Sequence record: OP889247.1
Strand: one strand, 5' to 3'
DNA length: 64,000 bases
Shown here piece by piece: positions 20,610 through 28,136 of this stretch (its first letter is position 1; the number at the start of each line of letters is the position of its first letter). The position numbers were made by a program, and so were the translations under genes. Under the pieces are notes generated by a model. That model worked only from the letters and a program-made list of their open reading frames with translations, was not told where the DNA came from and searched no databases.

Positions 20610-20873
20610 ATGGTTCATGGTTTAATGACTGTTGTTTGGTTACTGTTTTGTTATGTTACAGGACTTAATGATTTATACTTGGTTCCTGTTTGTTTCTTTA
20701 TTGGAAGAGAGATAGCTCAAGCTGAACAAAGGGTAATCTCACAATACTACGGTAATAAGAGAGTAAATGCTCCTTGGTATTGTGGTCTTGAGGAAAGAGC
20801 TTGGACTAAGAAAGGACTAATGGATTTTGTTATTCCTTGGTTAGTAACTTTGTGTTATAGTTTTATCATTTAA
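20610..20873 (+). CDS. small membrane protein of a family usually found next to enterobacterial tailspike genes
   Basis: FFIGRE.AQAE.R and W...MDF..P motifs (recalled family); hydrophobic. Confidence 0.7.
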   Translation: MVHGLMTVVWLLFCYVTGLNDLYLVPVCFFIGREIAQAEQRVISQYYGNKRVNAPWYCGLEERAWTKKGLMDFVIPWLVTLCYSFII

Positions 20874-20881
20874 ATACTTTA

Positions 20882-20914
20882 AACTCTACTTACTCCTAGT
20901 GAGTAAGTAGAGTT
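20882..20914 (+). terminator. intrinsic terminator
   Basis: Long stem followed by TTATTTTT. Confidence 0.7.
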
Positions 20915-20975
20915 ATTTTATATTCTTTATTTTATTGATTTTATGACCCTTTAATTTAACTTAAGGAAATGAATT

Positions 20976-23252
20976 ATGCATAATACCGGGAACCCTTTGG
21001 GCTCAAATAGTGTCCTTGATCTCTACGATAACAGCGAAACAATCGACAACTTTGTTAATAGTCAACAGGACGAAACACCAGATCGTTTTGGTGCGAAACG
21101 TTTAACATTAGCTGGTTTGATTAAACGTTCTATGGCTTTGCGAAATGAGATCAATGACTTTAGTGGGGCTTTAACGTTCAAACCGGAATGGTCAGACGTT
21201 CCAATGAATGTCAGTGAAGGTGTTGGTGGGGAAGGAGGAGCTTTAAACCTTCAAGCTGAAGCTTTGGGTAATAGAATCACAATCCTAAGTTCCAATATAT
21301 CTTTTAACACCATCAGTGAGTTGAGAGAAGGAATGAATAATCTAGGTATTAAAGTTAACTTTAATACCTTACCGCCGGGAACAGAAATAAGATGGAACGG
21401 TTATCACACAATTGGTGACGGTGGTGACGGCTGGGGGGTTTTAAAGCGTGGTAACCATCTGGAGGACTCTGGGTCCATATTCAGTTTGAGCTCCGATATT
21501 TACATAGAAACTAAGTTTGGGGAAGTTGTCTCGTTAAAACAATTTGGTTGTAAACAAGATGGAGTAACTAATGACATAACACCGTTTTACAATGCAATAG
21601 AGTTCTGTGTAAAAAACAATGCGGTTCTGACTGGTTCTGGCTTAAGCACGATGTTAAGCGATGGAACTACCAGGGAGTTTAATCCTAGCACAAATGTTTG
21701 CTTGCGAGATTTTAATTTGATCTTAGGAAAAACTTATCTGGATCAACCAAAAATAAAGTTTAATACGGACGTAGAGTATAAGTTAATCAATTTTAGAATT
21801 TCTGCTGGTAGAGGGTCAAAACCAGGACTCGAGCCTTGGTATAAATTTACTGAACTATTTGGGTATGACTCGATCCAACCTACAACTGGTTATTTTATCA
21901 ACATTGGAGGTAGTTTATTAACCTCCAATGTCTTGATAGAGAATTTTTCAGCGAAGGACTGTCACTATTCTGTAATTTTGCAAGTCCTTACATCTGGCGT
22001 GATAGACGCAAAAAACATGTTTTTTAGTAACTGTTCTAACAAACAGATACACTTTTGGCACGGTATAGACGGAGGTTCTATTCCTTTATCAGGAGTGACG
22101 AATTTAAATAGTTACGTCGCTAGAAATTGCGGGATTCTACCTAGTAGTTTCACAGTAGACGGTGTTCAGAAAGGTAGATCTGATCCAGTAGCACCACAAG
22201 GTGCATTTGGCTGTATAGTGACATACGGGACATTTAACCATTCCGATATTTTTGTAACTAACTATGGTTCCACTGCTGTTACTCCGGATAGGAACATAAC
22301 AGCAATGGGTAAAAATATCAAGATCATTCATACAGATCCAAATGGTTTCAGTAACAATGGTTCTGGAGCATATTGGGACGAAGCGTGTGGATACTGTAAT
22401 GTCGATGGGCTAGAGATTAGAATTATTGCCAGGGATCCTAGAGAGACTGCTTGTGAAAGTTCATGTTTACAGATTTTTAAAGGAATTAGTCAAAGCTTTA
22501 TAGCGACAGGTGTTGTAATAGAAACTGTAAATGGTTCCAATATCTATAGTGGGATTAGAGGTTCTTTAAGTGCCGGCGCTCGTGTTAATATCAATAATTA
22601 TGATTTAGAAATGACCGGCGCCCGCGCCGCAGTTACAATGTTTCAGTTGTCTGGGTTGAGTGCATCTATAAAACTTTCAAATGGCAGAACAAGAGGGTCT
22701 AAAATTCGTGTTACCCAAGCACAGGTAATAGAGATCAATAATCTAGATTCCGACATAGATGTAATAGTTGATAGCTCATTATCCGACCCTATTGGGGATG
22801 TGAAAATAACCAACATTGCTTGCAAAACCCTTACTGTAAACAGTTCAAATAGGAATGTGGTTTTGACAAACGTACGAGTTTCTGGTAACTTAAATAGTGT
22901 CGGCTATGACAGAAATGGTTCATTTTCTTTAGTCGGGTCGTCTTTTATTAAAGGTCTAACACTTATCTCTAAGTATAAAAGATCACAAATATGTGATCTT
23001 GAAACCGACCGTAGATTAGAAATCGCAGATGTTGGTTTCGTGAAAATAACTGGAGGTACTTTAAAAACCAGCGCACCAGAACCTATACTATGGTTAAAGC
23101 CTAGTGCGGCTGGAATAATGACACAAGCTACAGTAATTGGAACTTCTCTGTATATCAAAACAGGTACCGACGGTGCCGGTTATATAAGCAGTTCTTCAGA
23201 GGTGGGGAAGCTGACCGAGCTCGCGACTGATAAACAAACTACAGCGTGGTAA
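20976..23252 (+). CDS. tailspike / polysaccharide depolymerase (beta-helix)
   Basis: NTGNPLGS..DLYDN..DRFG tailspike anchor; GYHTIGDGGDG; KQFG...DGVTND pectate-lyase-3-like start; repetitive beta-helix-like composition. Confidence 0.85.
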   Translation: MHNTGNPLGSNSVLDLYDNSETIDNFVNSQQDETPDRFGAKRLTLAGLIKRSMALRNEINDFSGALTFKPEWSDVPMNVSEGVGGEGGALNLQAEALGNRITILSSNISFNTISELREGMNNLGIKVNFNTLPPGTEIRWNGYHTIGDGGDGWGVLKRGNHLEDSGSIFSLSSDIYIETKFGEVVSLKQFGCKQDGVTNDITPFYNAIEFCVKNNAVLTGSGLSTMLSDGTTREFNPSTNVCLRDFNLILGKTYLDQPKIKFNTDVEYKLINFRISAGRGSKPGLEPWYKFTELFGYDSIQPTTGYFINIGGSLLTSNVLIENFSAKDCHYSVILQVLTSGVIDAKNMFFSNCSNKQIHFWHGIDGGSIPLSGVTNLNSYVARNCGILPSSFTVDGVQKGRSDPVAPQGAFGCIVTYGTFNHSDIFVTNYGSTAVTPDRNITAMGKNIKIIHTDPNGFSNNGSGAYWDEACGYCNVDGLEIRIIARDPRETACESSCLQIFKGISQSFIATGVVIETVNGSNIYSGIRGSLSAGARVNINNYDLEMTGARAAVTMFQLSGLSASIKLSNGRTRGSKIRVTQAQVIEINNLDSDIDVIVDSSLSDPIGDVKITNIACKTLTVNSSNRNVVLTNVRVSGNLNSVGYDRNGSFSLVGSSFIKGLTLISKYKRSQICDLETDRRLEIADVGFVKITGGTLKTSAPEPILWLKPSAAGIMTQATVIGTSLYIKTGTDGAGYISSSSEVGKLTELATDKQTTAW

Positions 23253-23294
23253 GGTCGAGTTGTCCTTTTGTGATCGAAAAAAAAAACAAATTTT

Positions 23295-23328
23295 AAATAC
23301 TCAGCCCTCCTAGGAGGGCTGAGTATTT
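23295..23328. terminator. bidirectional terminator (perfect palindrome)
   Basis: 34-bp perfect palindrome with T-runs on both sides, between convergent genes. Confidence 0.85.
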
Positions 23329-23347
23329 TTATTTACTCTACCACAGC

Positions 23348-24034
23348 TTATACTACTTGAAAATATTTACTCATTTTATTCCTGTGCTTATTTTCTTCTT
23401 TTAATTGTTTACTCTTTTCAACAACATCGAGAAGATTTACTAAATCTGTTTCATTAGATTTAACAATCTGAACATTTACTTCGTATTGATCAACAAGATA
23501 ATCCAAACACCTCATATATTTATTTCGATAGGAATCAAATACTTCCTTATCTTTAAACATCAGATCCTTAGCATTAATTTCCCGACCATCTTTAATAGAT
23601 TTATCCAAACGTTCCAAAAACTCTTCATGGGAAATATCAATAAAGATCACTAAGTCAGGAATGATATCGAATCCATAGGTACTCAACAACTTCCTATTGA
23701 AACTAAAGATCTCACTTGGTGGAACTTCTTTATCAGATTGATAAACCATAGACGTAATAAAGTTGCGATCGCTGATTACGTCTCGTCCATGTTGTAAATA
23801 CGGACCAATAACTTTTTGGAAAGCTTCTACTCGAGCTGTTCCAAAACCTTTGATCTCTTCATCCTTGGTCATTGTGTTACTAACTAGTTTTGCTTTAAAT
23901 GCTTTACTCTCAGGAGTTTCATTGAAAGGTTCTGCTGTAACTCGTGCTTTAATAGCAGCTCCGAGCTTTTTACATACAGTTGACTTCCCCGCCATTTCCA
24001 TCCCTTCGAATACGATATACAATCCCACACTCAT
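23348..24034 (-). CDS. tmk: thymidylate (dTMP) kinase
   Basis: IVFEGMEMAGKST P-loop; VISDR..SS..YQ; PDLVIFID. Confidence 0.9.
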   Translation of the reverse strand: MSVGLYIVFEGMEMAGKSTVCKKLGAAIKARVTAEPFNETPESKAFKAKLVSNTMTKDEEIKGFGTARVEAFQKVIGPYLQHGRDVISDRNFITSMVYQSDKEVPPSEIFSFNRKLLSTYGFDIIPDLVIFIDISHEEFLERLDKSIKDGREINAKDLMFKDKEVFDSYRNKYMRCLDYLVDQYEVNVQIVKSNETDLVNLLDVVEKSKQLKEENKHRNKMSKYFQVV

Positions 24035-24039
24035 CTCCT

Positions 24040-25515
24040 TTATTTATAATAGTCGCGCACTAATGTTCTAATTACAATGTACAACATCAATCCATTACGT
24101 AAACAAGCTACGCTATACTGGGTTTTAATACCAGTCATAGATGTGATTAACTTATCACCATTCTTTCTAAGCTTGTGAACCAATTCGTTAATTGACTTGT
24201 TACTGGTATATCCACCACGTAACTTATATACTACGTTACTCAAGTCATTATAACGAATAGAGTTCGAACTCAAGTACTCAAAAAGGTGGGTAATAACATC
24301 ATCTACAAACTCTCTGTATTTCTCACCCTTTGGATGATTGTACTGGGTAGGAAACTCTTTAACGACTAAAGCTAGTTTATCTTCAAACTGTTTCTGTGCT
24401 TTAGAGTCATCAATTGCTTTAGCGGCAAACCCCAGCAGTTCTTGTTTGTAGAAAGAATGTCCGTCAGTAATGATAGTATTGATGTAAGTACGAAAAGCGT
24501 TTACATTCTTCTGGATGTCTTTCAGGTCGATCTGACCGTCACTAATTACAAAACCTGATTCGGTTTCTACCAGGTTAACACTATCTTTTACTTCATAAAG
24601 CACTTTAGTGAAATCGTTAACAACACCTTTCAAACGAGATTCCATATCGTTTACCATATAGACAATTTTCTTATCATTGTCCATTTTGGTGAATGTGTCA
24701 TAGTGGATACCTGTTTTAGGATCTATAATGAATTCAGCACGTGCTTTAAACAGAGCATTCCAACTACCGTAACGTTTGATATCAAACTTCATTGACAGTT
24801 TGTTATAAGCGGTTTGAGCAACACTAGGTTTTACCAAATAAGCGAAATAGTGGTTCATGATAGATGTTAAAATACGATAGTGAAACAGAATGATCAAATT
24901 CACTAAAGCATCATCTTTCATGTTCTTAGGTAAGTTAGACTTGTGAACTTTATGCATCAAATAAACAATGGATAAGTTAAAGGCATCCGAAGATACTTTA
25001 AAGTCTTTATTAATCCATTTACATTTGATCAATTCATCCCGAAGTTTAACTTCATCAACATCAATGATGTCGGTAAAGAAAGCTACGCGATCAGCAGTTT
25101 TAAATACAATACGATGTGTACCGAGATACGGTGTACCGAAGAACTCAGCGTGATCGTTATCCTTGGTAGCGAAACCATAAACAAAACGTCTAAGGGTAGA
25201 AACCCATTTAGGTGTGATCTCTAAGTCTTCTACTAGTCCTTCAAAAACACCATATACGGAGTGATCAGTATTGTAGTTGTAATTGGGAGCCAATGCTTCT
25301 AAACCAGCAATACATTCGTTAATATCTTCAAAGCTCTCTAACCCTCCCAGTTCTCTCATAGAACGAACAGGAGTAAACATAGAGCTAAGATACTCTTCGC
25401 TTCCAGAAAGCTTACTAAGGACTTCCTGTAGCTCTAAAAAGCTATTATCGTAATCTGCTTCTTCTAAAGGTTCAGGATTAAATCTAGCTTGAACCTGATG
25501 ACTAAATTGATTCAT
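24040..25515 (-). CDS. conserved phiKZ-like hypothetical protein
   Basis: 491-aa ORF in an operon with tmk; GGAG RBS. Confidence 0.75.
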   Translation of the reverse strand: MNQFSHQVQARFNPEPLEEADYDNSFLELQEVLSKLSGSEEYLSSMFTPVRSMRELGGLESFEDINECIAGLEALAPNYNYNTDHSVYGVFEGLVEDLEITPKWVSTLRRFVYGFATKDNDHAEFFGTPYLGTHRIVFKTADRVAFFTDIIDVDEVKLRDELIKCKWINKDFKVSSDAFNLSIVYLMHKVHKSNLPKNMKDDALVNLIILFHYRILTSIMNHYFAYLVKPSVAQTAYNKLSMKFDIKRYGSWNALFKARAEFIIDPKTGIHYDTFTKMDNDKKIVYMVNDMESRLKGVVNDFTKVLYEVKDSVNLVETESGFVISDGQIDLKDIQKNVNAFRTYINTIITDGHSFYKQELLGFAAKAIDDSKAQKQFEDKLALVVKEFPTQYNHPKGEKYREFVDDVITHLFEYLSSNSIRYNDLSNVVYKLRGGYTSNKSINELVHKLRKNGDKLITSMTGIKTQYSVACLRNGLMLYIVIRTLVRDYYK

Positions 25516-25530
25516 GTTAATCCTTCTCCA

Positions 25531-26382
25531 TTAACGTTTTCTTGGCACCATTGATTTCAAGGTATCACTGACACCTTTTGGATCCGCGTAACTGAGGTAC
25601 TTCTTCATCTCTTCGTTAAAGAACTCTTTAAACTCTCTAGCTGAATCGGCGTAGCGTTCTACGTCATCTCGTACATCGTCCACAGAGACACCATAACGAG
25701 ATACAGCTTCTTGCATACCCCTACGACAGGTCTTATAGATATAAGCCTTTGTAGCTAATTCTACAAGCTCGTAGAACTTATCGTACATCTTAGGTGGGAT
25801 TACAGAGAAGTGTTCATCATAAGCTAGGATTACTTTAGCGATCATATTAAACATCGCTGCGCCAGCATCACGTATAATAAACGAGTTGTTACCGGTCATA
25901 GTAAAACTAGTAAATGAACGTTGTACATTACTGTCATCCAATCCAGCCATAAGACGATTCAGCGCATTACCAACTTGACCACCGCTGCCACAAGAACCAT
26001 TACCACTTGTCATGTTATAACCAGAAGCAATGGCGCGATTAAGATTACCAGGATAGACCTCGATAACCGAAATAATTTTTCTACCGCCAGTAAGGAAATC
26101 GGGTACATTGACTGCGATATGGCCAGACTGTAAGTTAGTTATTCTAGCAGAACTGAGGTCTAAAATCTCGGACGAACCTCCAGCAACGTTAACCAATGGT
26201 GCGACCATCTTCAAGATAACCTTCTCACGGATACCTTGCTCAATACTGTACTCGGTATTAACTGGTGACCATACAGACCCGTACGACTGGTTTGGATTAT
26301 CGAACGCTAACTTTAACAAATATTCAGGAATATCATTAACCCCTGATATTAAATTCTGTATGGAAAAGTCCACTGGGTTCAT
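25531..26382 (-). CDS. conserved phiKZ-like hypothetical protein, possibly virion-associated
   Basis: 283-aa ORF with RBS, first gene of the tmk operon. Confidence 0.75.
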   Translation of the reverse strand: MNPVDFSIQNLISGVNDIPEYLLKLAFDNPNQSYGSVWSPVNTEYSIEQGIREKVILKMVAPLVNVAGGSSEILDLSSARITNLQSGHIAVNVPDFLTGGRKIISVIEVYPGNLNRAIASGYNMTSGNGSCGSGGQVGNALNRLMAGLDDSNVQRSFTSFTMTGNNSFIIRDAGAAMFNMIAKVILAYDEHFSVIPPKMYDKFYELVELATKAYIYKTCRRGMQEAVSRYGVSVDDVRDDVERYADSAREFKEFFNEEMKKYLSYADPKGVSDTLKSMVPRKR

Positions 26383-26456
26383 GTTATCTTTCCTTCTAAT
26401 TAGGTTACTTTTAGGAAGTTACAAAAGATCAAAATCCCCGTAGAACAAACATAATC

Positions 26457-26486
26457 CTCTACCTTCCCAATTAAGGGAAGGTAGAG
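26457..26486. terminator. terminator-like hairpin bounding the ncRNA locus
   Basis: 12-bp stem CTCTACCTTCCC/GGGAAGGTAGAG. Confidence 0.7.
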
Positions 26487-26489
26487 TAA

Positions 26490-27335
26490 ACTTATCTGTA
26501 GTTAACATCAAAGTTAAATGTGTGAGAATACACATTCCATAAGGTTATCAATCTTCCATACCGAGTGTTTCGGTAAATGGTATTCAAGATAACCCTACAG
26601 GTCGTGCATTTTACTACACCACTTCTACCCGACGAAAGGTAGCATACAGTTTGCTCTGTTAGCCCTAGTCGTCTAGTAAAAAGATCTAGTCTTTATACTC
26701 TAGGTCACTAACGTCTGCGCTGTCTAAAACACCGACCATACCCGCAGGTACAGAGTGTCGGAACTCACTGTTAGGGCGTTCCTAAATAGCGAACAAGTCA
26801 GATCTAAATTGACCTGAGTCGTTCTGGACATCTTTGTTTCATGTCGCGGTCTTACTTCGACTATAACTTTCAGACTTATTTGTCGCTTAAACGACATTAC
26901 GTTTCGTCTGAAAGGTAACACCTCTTTGTTTTACGTCCTGAGGTTTCTATTTGGGACGATCCCGCCACGTAGGGATTTGGACGTCTCTTAACTGTTTGAA
27001 TGCACCGTTAGGATAAAGGAGACATGCTGACCGAGCATTATAACAACGGGAAACAATTAAGAGACTACTAGGACGATCACTACTTTTGAATTAACAGACA
27101 TTGGGTAAGTGAGGACTTTTGCAATTGGTTCTGTGAATTTCTAAGTAGTGACCGAAAGGTTGAACTATCAGTTGCCCGCTCCACTTAACGCAAATGGTTA
27201 ATTAGAAACCTGATAGTTCGTAAAGGGTTAGTTATCCATGAGAGTTTTAACTTTTCCGTTAGGCTTTGAGTTTCAACAATTTGTGATAGAGCATGAAGCA
27301 ACGGGAGGTCTAAAATCAAACATAAATAACTAAGA
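26490..27335 (-). ncRNA. candidate large ornate structured ncRNA (~850 nt)
   Basis: No credible ORF; many abutting 8-15 bp helices; most non-Watson-Crick pairs are G.U only on the minus strand; lies directly 3' of tRNA-Leu. Confidence 0.6.
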
Positions 27336-27337
27336 TG

Positions 27338-27421
27338 TGGTCTCCGAGGACGGGATCGAACCGTCACGCCATAGGCGAGGGATTTTAAATCCCTTGTGTC
27401 TACCAATTTCACCACTCGGAG
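27338..27421 (-). tRNA. tRNA-Leu(UAA)
   Basis: Full cloverleaf, long variable arm, AGGGA-UUUAAAA-UCCCU anticodon arm, encoded CCA. Confidence 0.95.
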
Positions 27422-27502
27422 TGGTAATAAGGATTATTGGATTCGAACCAATTCAATCTCTCTAATGGTGAGAGCGAGTTACCACCTAACTCTGCAATCC
27501 TT
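27422..27502 (-). tRNA. atypical or degenerate tRNA-like gene, CAU in the anticodon loop
   Basis: AAGGATT/AATCCTT acceptor; ATTGG-TTCGAAT-CCAAT T arm; CTCTC-ACCATTA-GAGAG arm lacking U33 and purine 37; extra bases before CCA. Confidence 0.6.
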
Positions 27503-27509
27503 AAAGGGG

Positions 27510-27643
27510 TTAGATCTTTCTCTTTGTCGTCATGAAAACCAGCAGGTCTCATATTGTTTATTTGTCTCGGTCACTTCAATTCGAGTCGAAGTGTAATTTG
27601 TCGGACAAATGTTAGATGGACAAGTTTCTTGAGAAAGATCTAA
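27510..27643 (-). ncRNA. structured inter-tRNA module closed by a 13-bp stem
   Basis: TTAGATCTTTCTC at 27510..27522 pairs perfectly with 27631..27643; internal hairpins. Confidence 0.45.
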
Positions 27644-27645
27644 AA

Positions 27646-27721
27646 TGGTGAGTCTTGTTGGGTATGATCCAACGACCGCCGAGTTATGAGCTCGGAGCTC
27701 TAACCGCTGAGCTAAAGACCC
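27646..27721 (-). tRNA. tRNA with CAU anticodon (Met or lysidine Ile2)
   Basis: 76-nt cloverleaf, CUCAUAA loop, CCA; unusual T loop AUCAUAC. Confidence 0.9.
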
Positions 27722-27728
27722 TGTAAAA

Positions 27729-27805
27729 TGGTGAGCTCGGTGCGACTTGAACGCACGACAGGAAGCTTAGAAGGCTTCTATTCTATCCAACTGAATTACG
27801 AGCTC
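27729..27805 (-). tRNA. tRNA-Arg(UCU)
   Basis: 77-nt canonical cloverleaf, CUUCUAA loop, CCA. Confidence 0.95.
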
Positions 27806-27811
27806 TGAATA

Positions 27812-27930
27812 GGTGGGTAGGAACAAATCCTACCCGACATGTATTACTTCGTTCTATCCCCAAGGTGCGCAAATGTCCGACCCGGTTTAGGGTTGAAATT
27901 ATCAAGTGGTAGATTCGGAAGTAATAATGT
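27812..27930 (-). ncRNA. structured module: long stem domain plus a 3' 7-bp hairpin
   Basis: TATTACTTC/GAAGTAATA long-range stem; GGGTAGG/CCTACCC hairpin. Confidence 0.4.
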
Positions 27931-27946
27931 TCTTTGAAATAGGGGC

Positions 27947-28027
27947 GAGATGCTAGACCGGACTTTATACCGGCATCTCCTGGTGGTAAGTTCACCAAGC
28001 GACTTCTGTTCAGTCTACTAACATCTC
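27947..28027 (-). ncRNA. non-canonical cloverleaf (tRNA-like) element
   Basis: 10-bp acceptor-like, 4-bp D-like, 7-bp anticodon-like and 5-bp T-like stems in tRNA order; no TTC, no CCA. Confidence 0.55.
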
Positions 28028-28105
28028 TAAGTCGAGTAACTAGATTAACTATTTACGTCTACTATACTTCAACATAATATAAACATTATGTTTATTAAAT
28101 AAAAA

Positions 28106-28136
28106 TACTCCTAGTTAGTTGGAGTAACTAGGAGTA
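28106..28136. terminator. terminator-like hairpin
   Basis: 11-bp stem TACTCCTAGTT/AACTAGGAGTA. Confidence 0.6.

Noticed and set aside
26490-27335. Identity of the large structured RNA as a group I intron, RNase P RNA or tmRNA
   Set aside because: P-, Q-, R- and S-like words occur on the minus strand, but the best S-like (AAAGTTATAGTC) precedes the R-like (GACGACTAG) and there are no exons. RNase P-like words are out of order without a P4 partner. No tmRNA-type acceptor or T-arm ends. An Rfam search is still needed.
26724-27998. Short ORFs inside the tRNA/ncRNA locus (26724..26921, 27185..27415, 27396..27596, 27783..27998)
   Set aside because: They overlap tRNA genes or paired helices and lack an RBS or phage-like codon usage.
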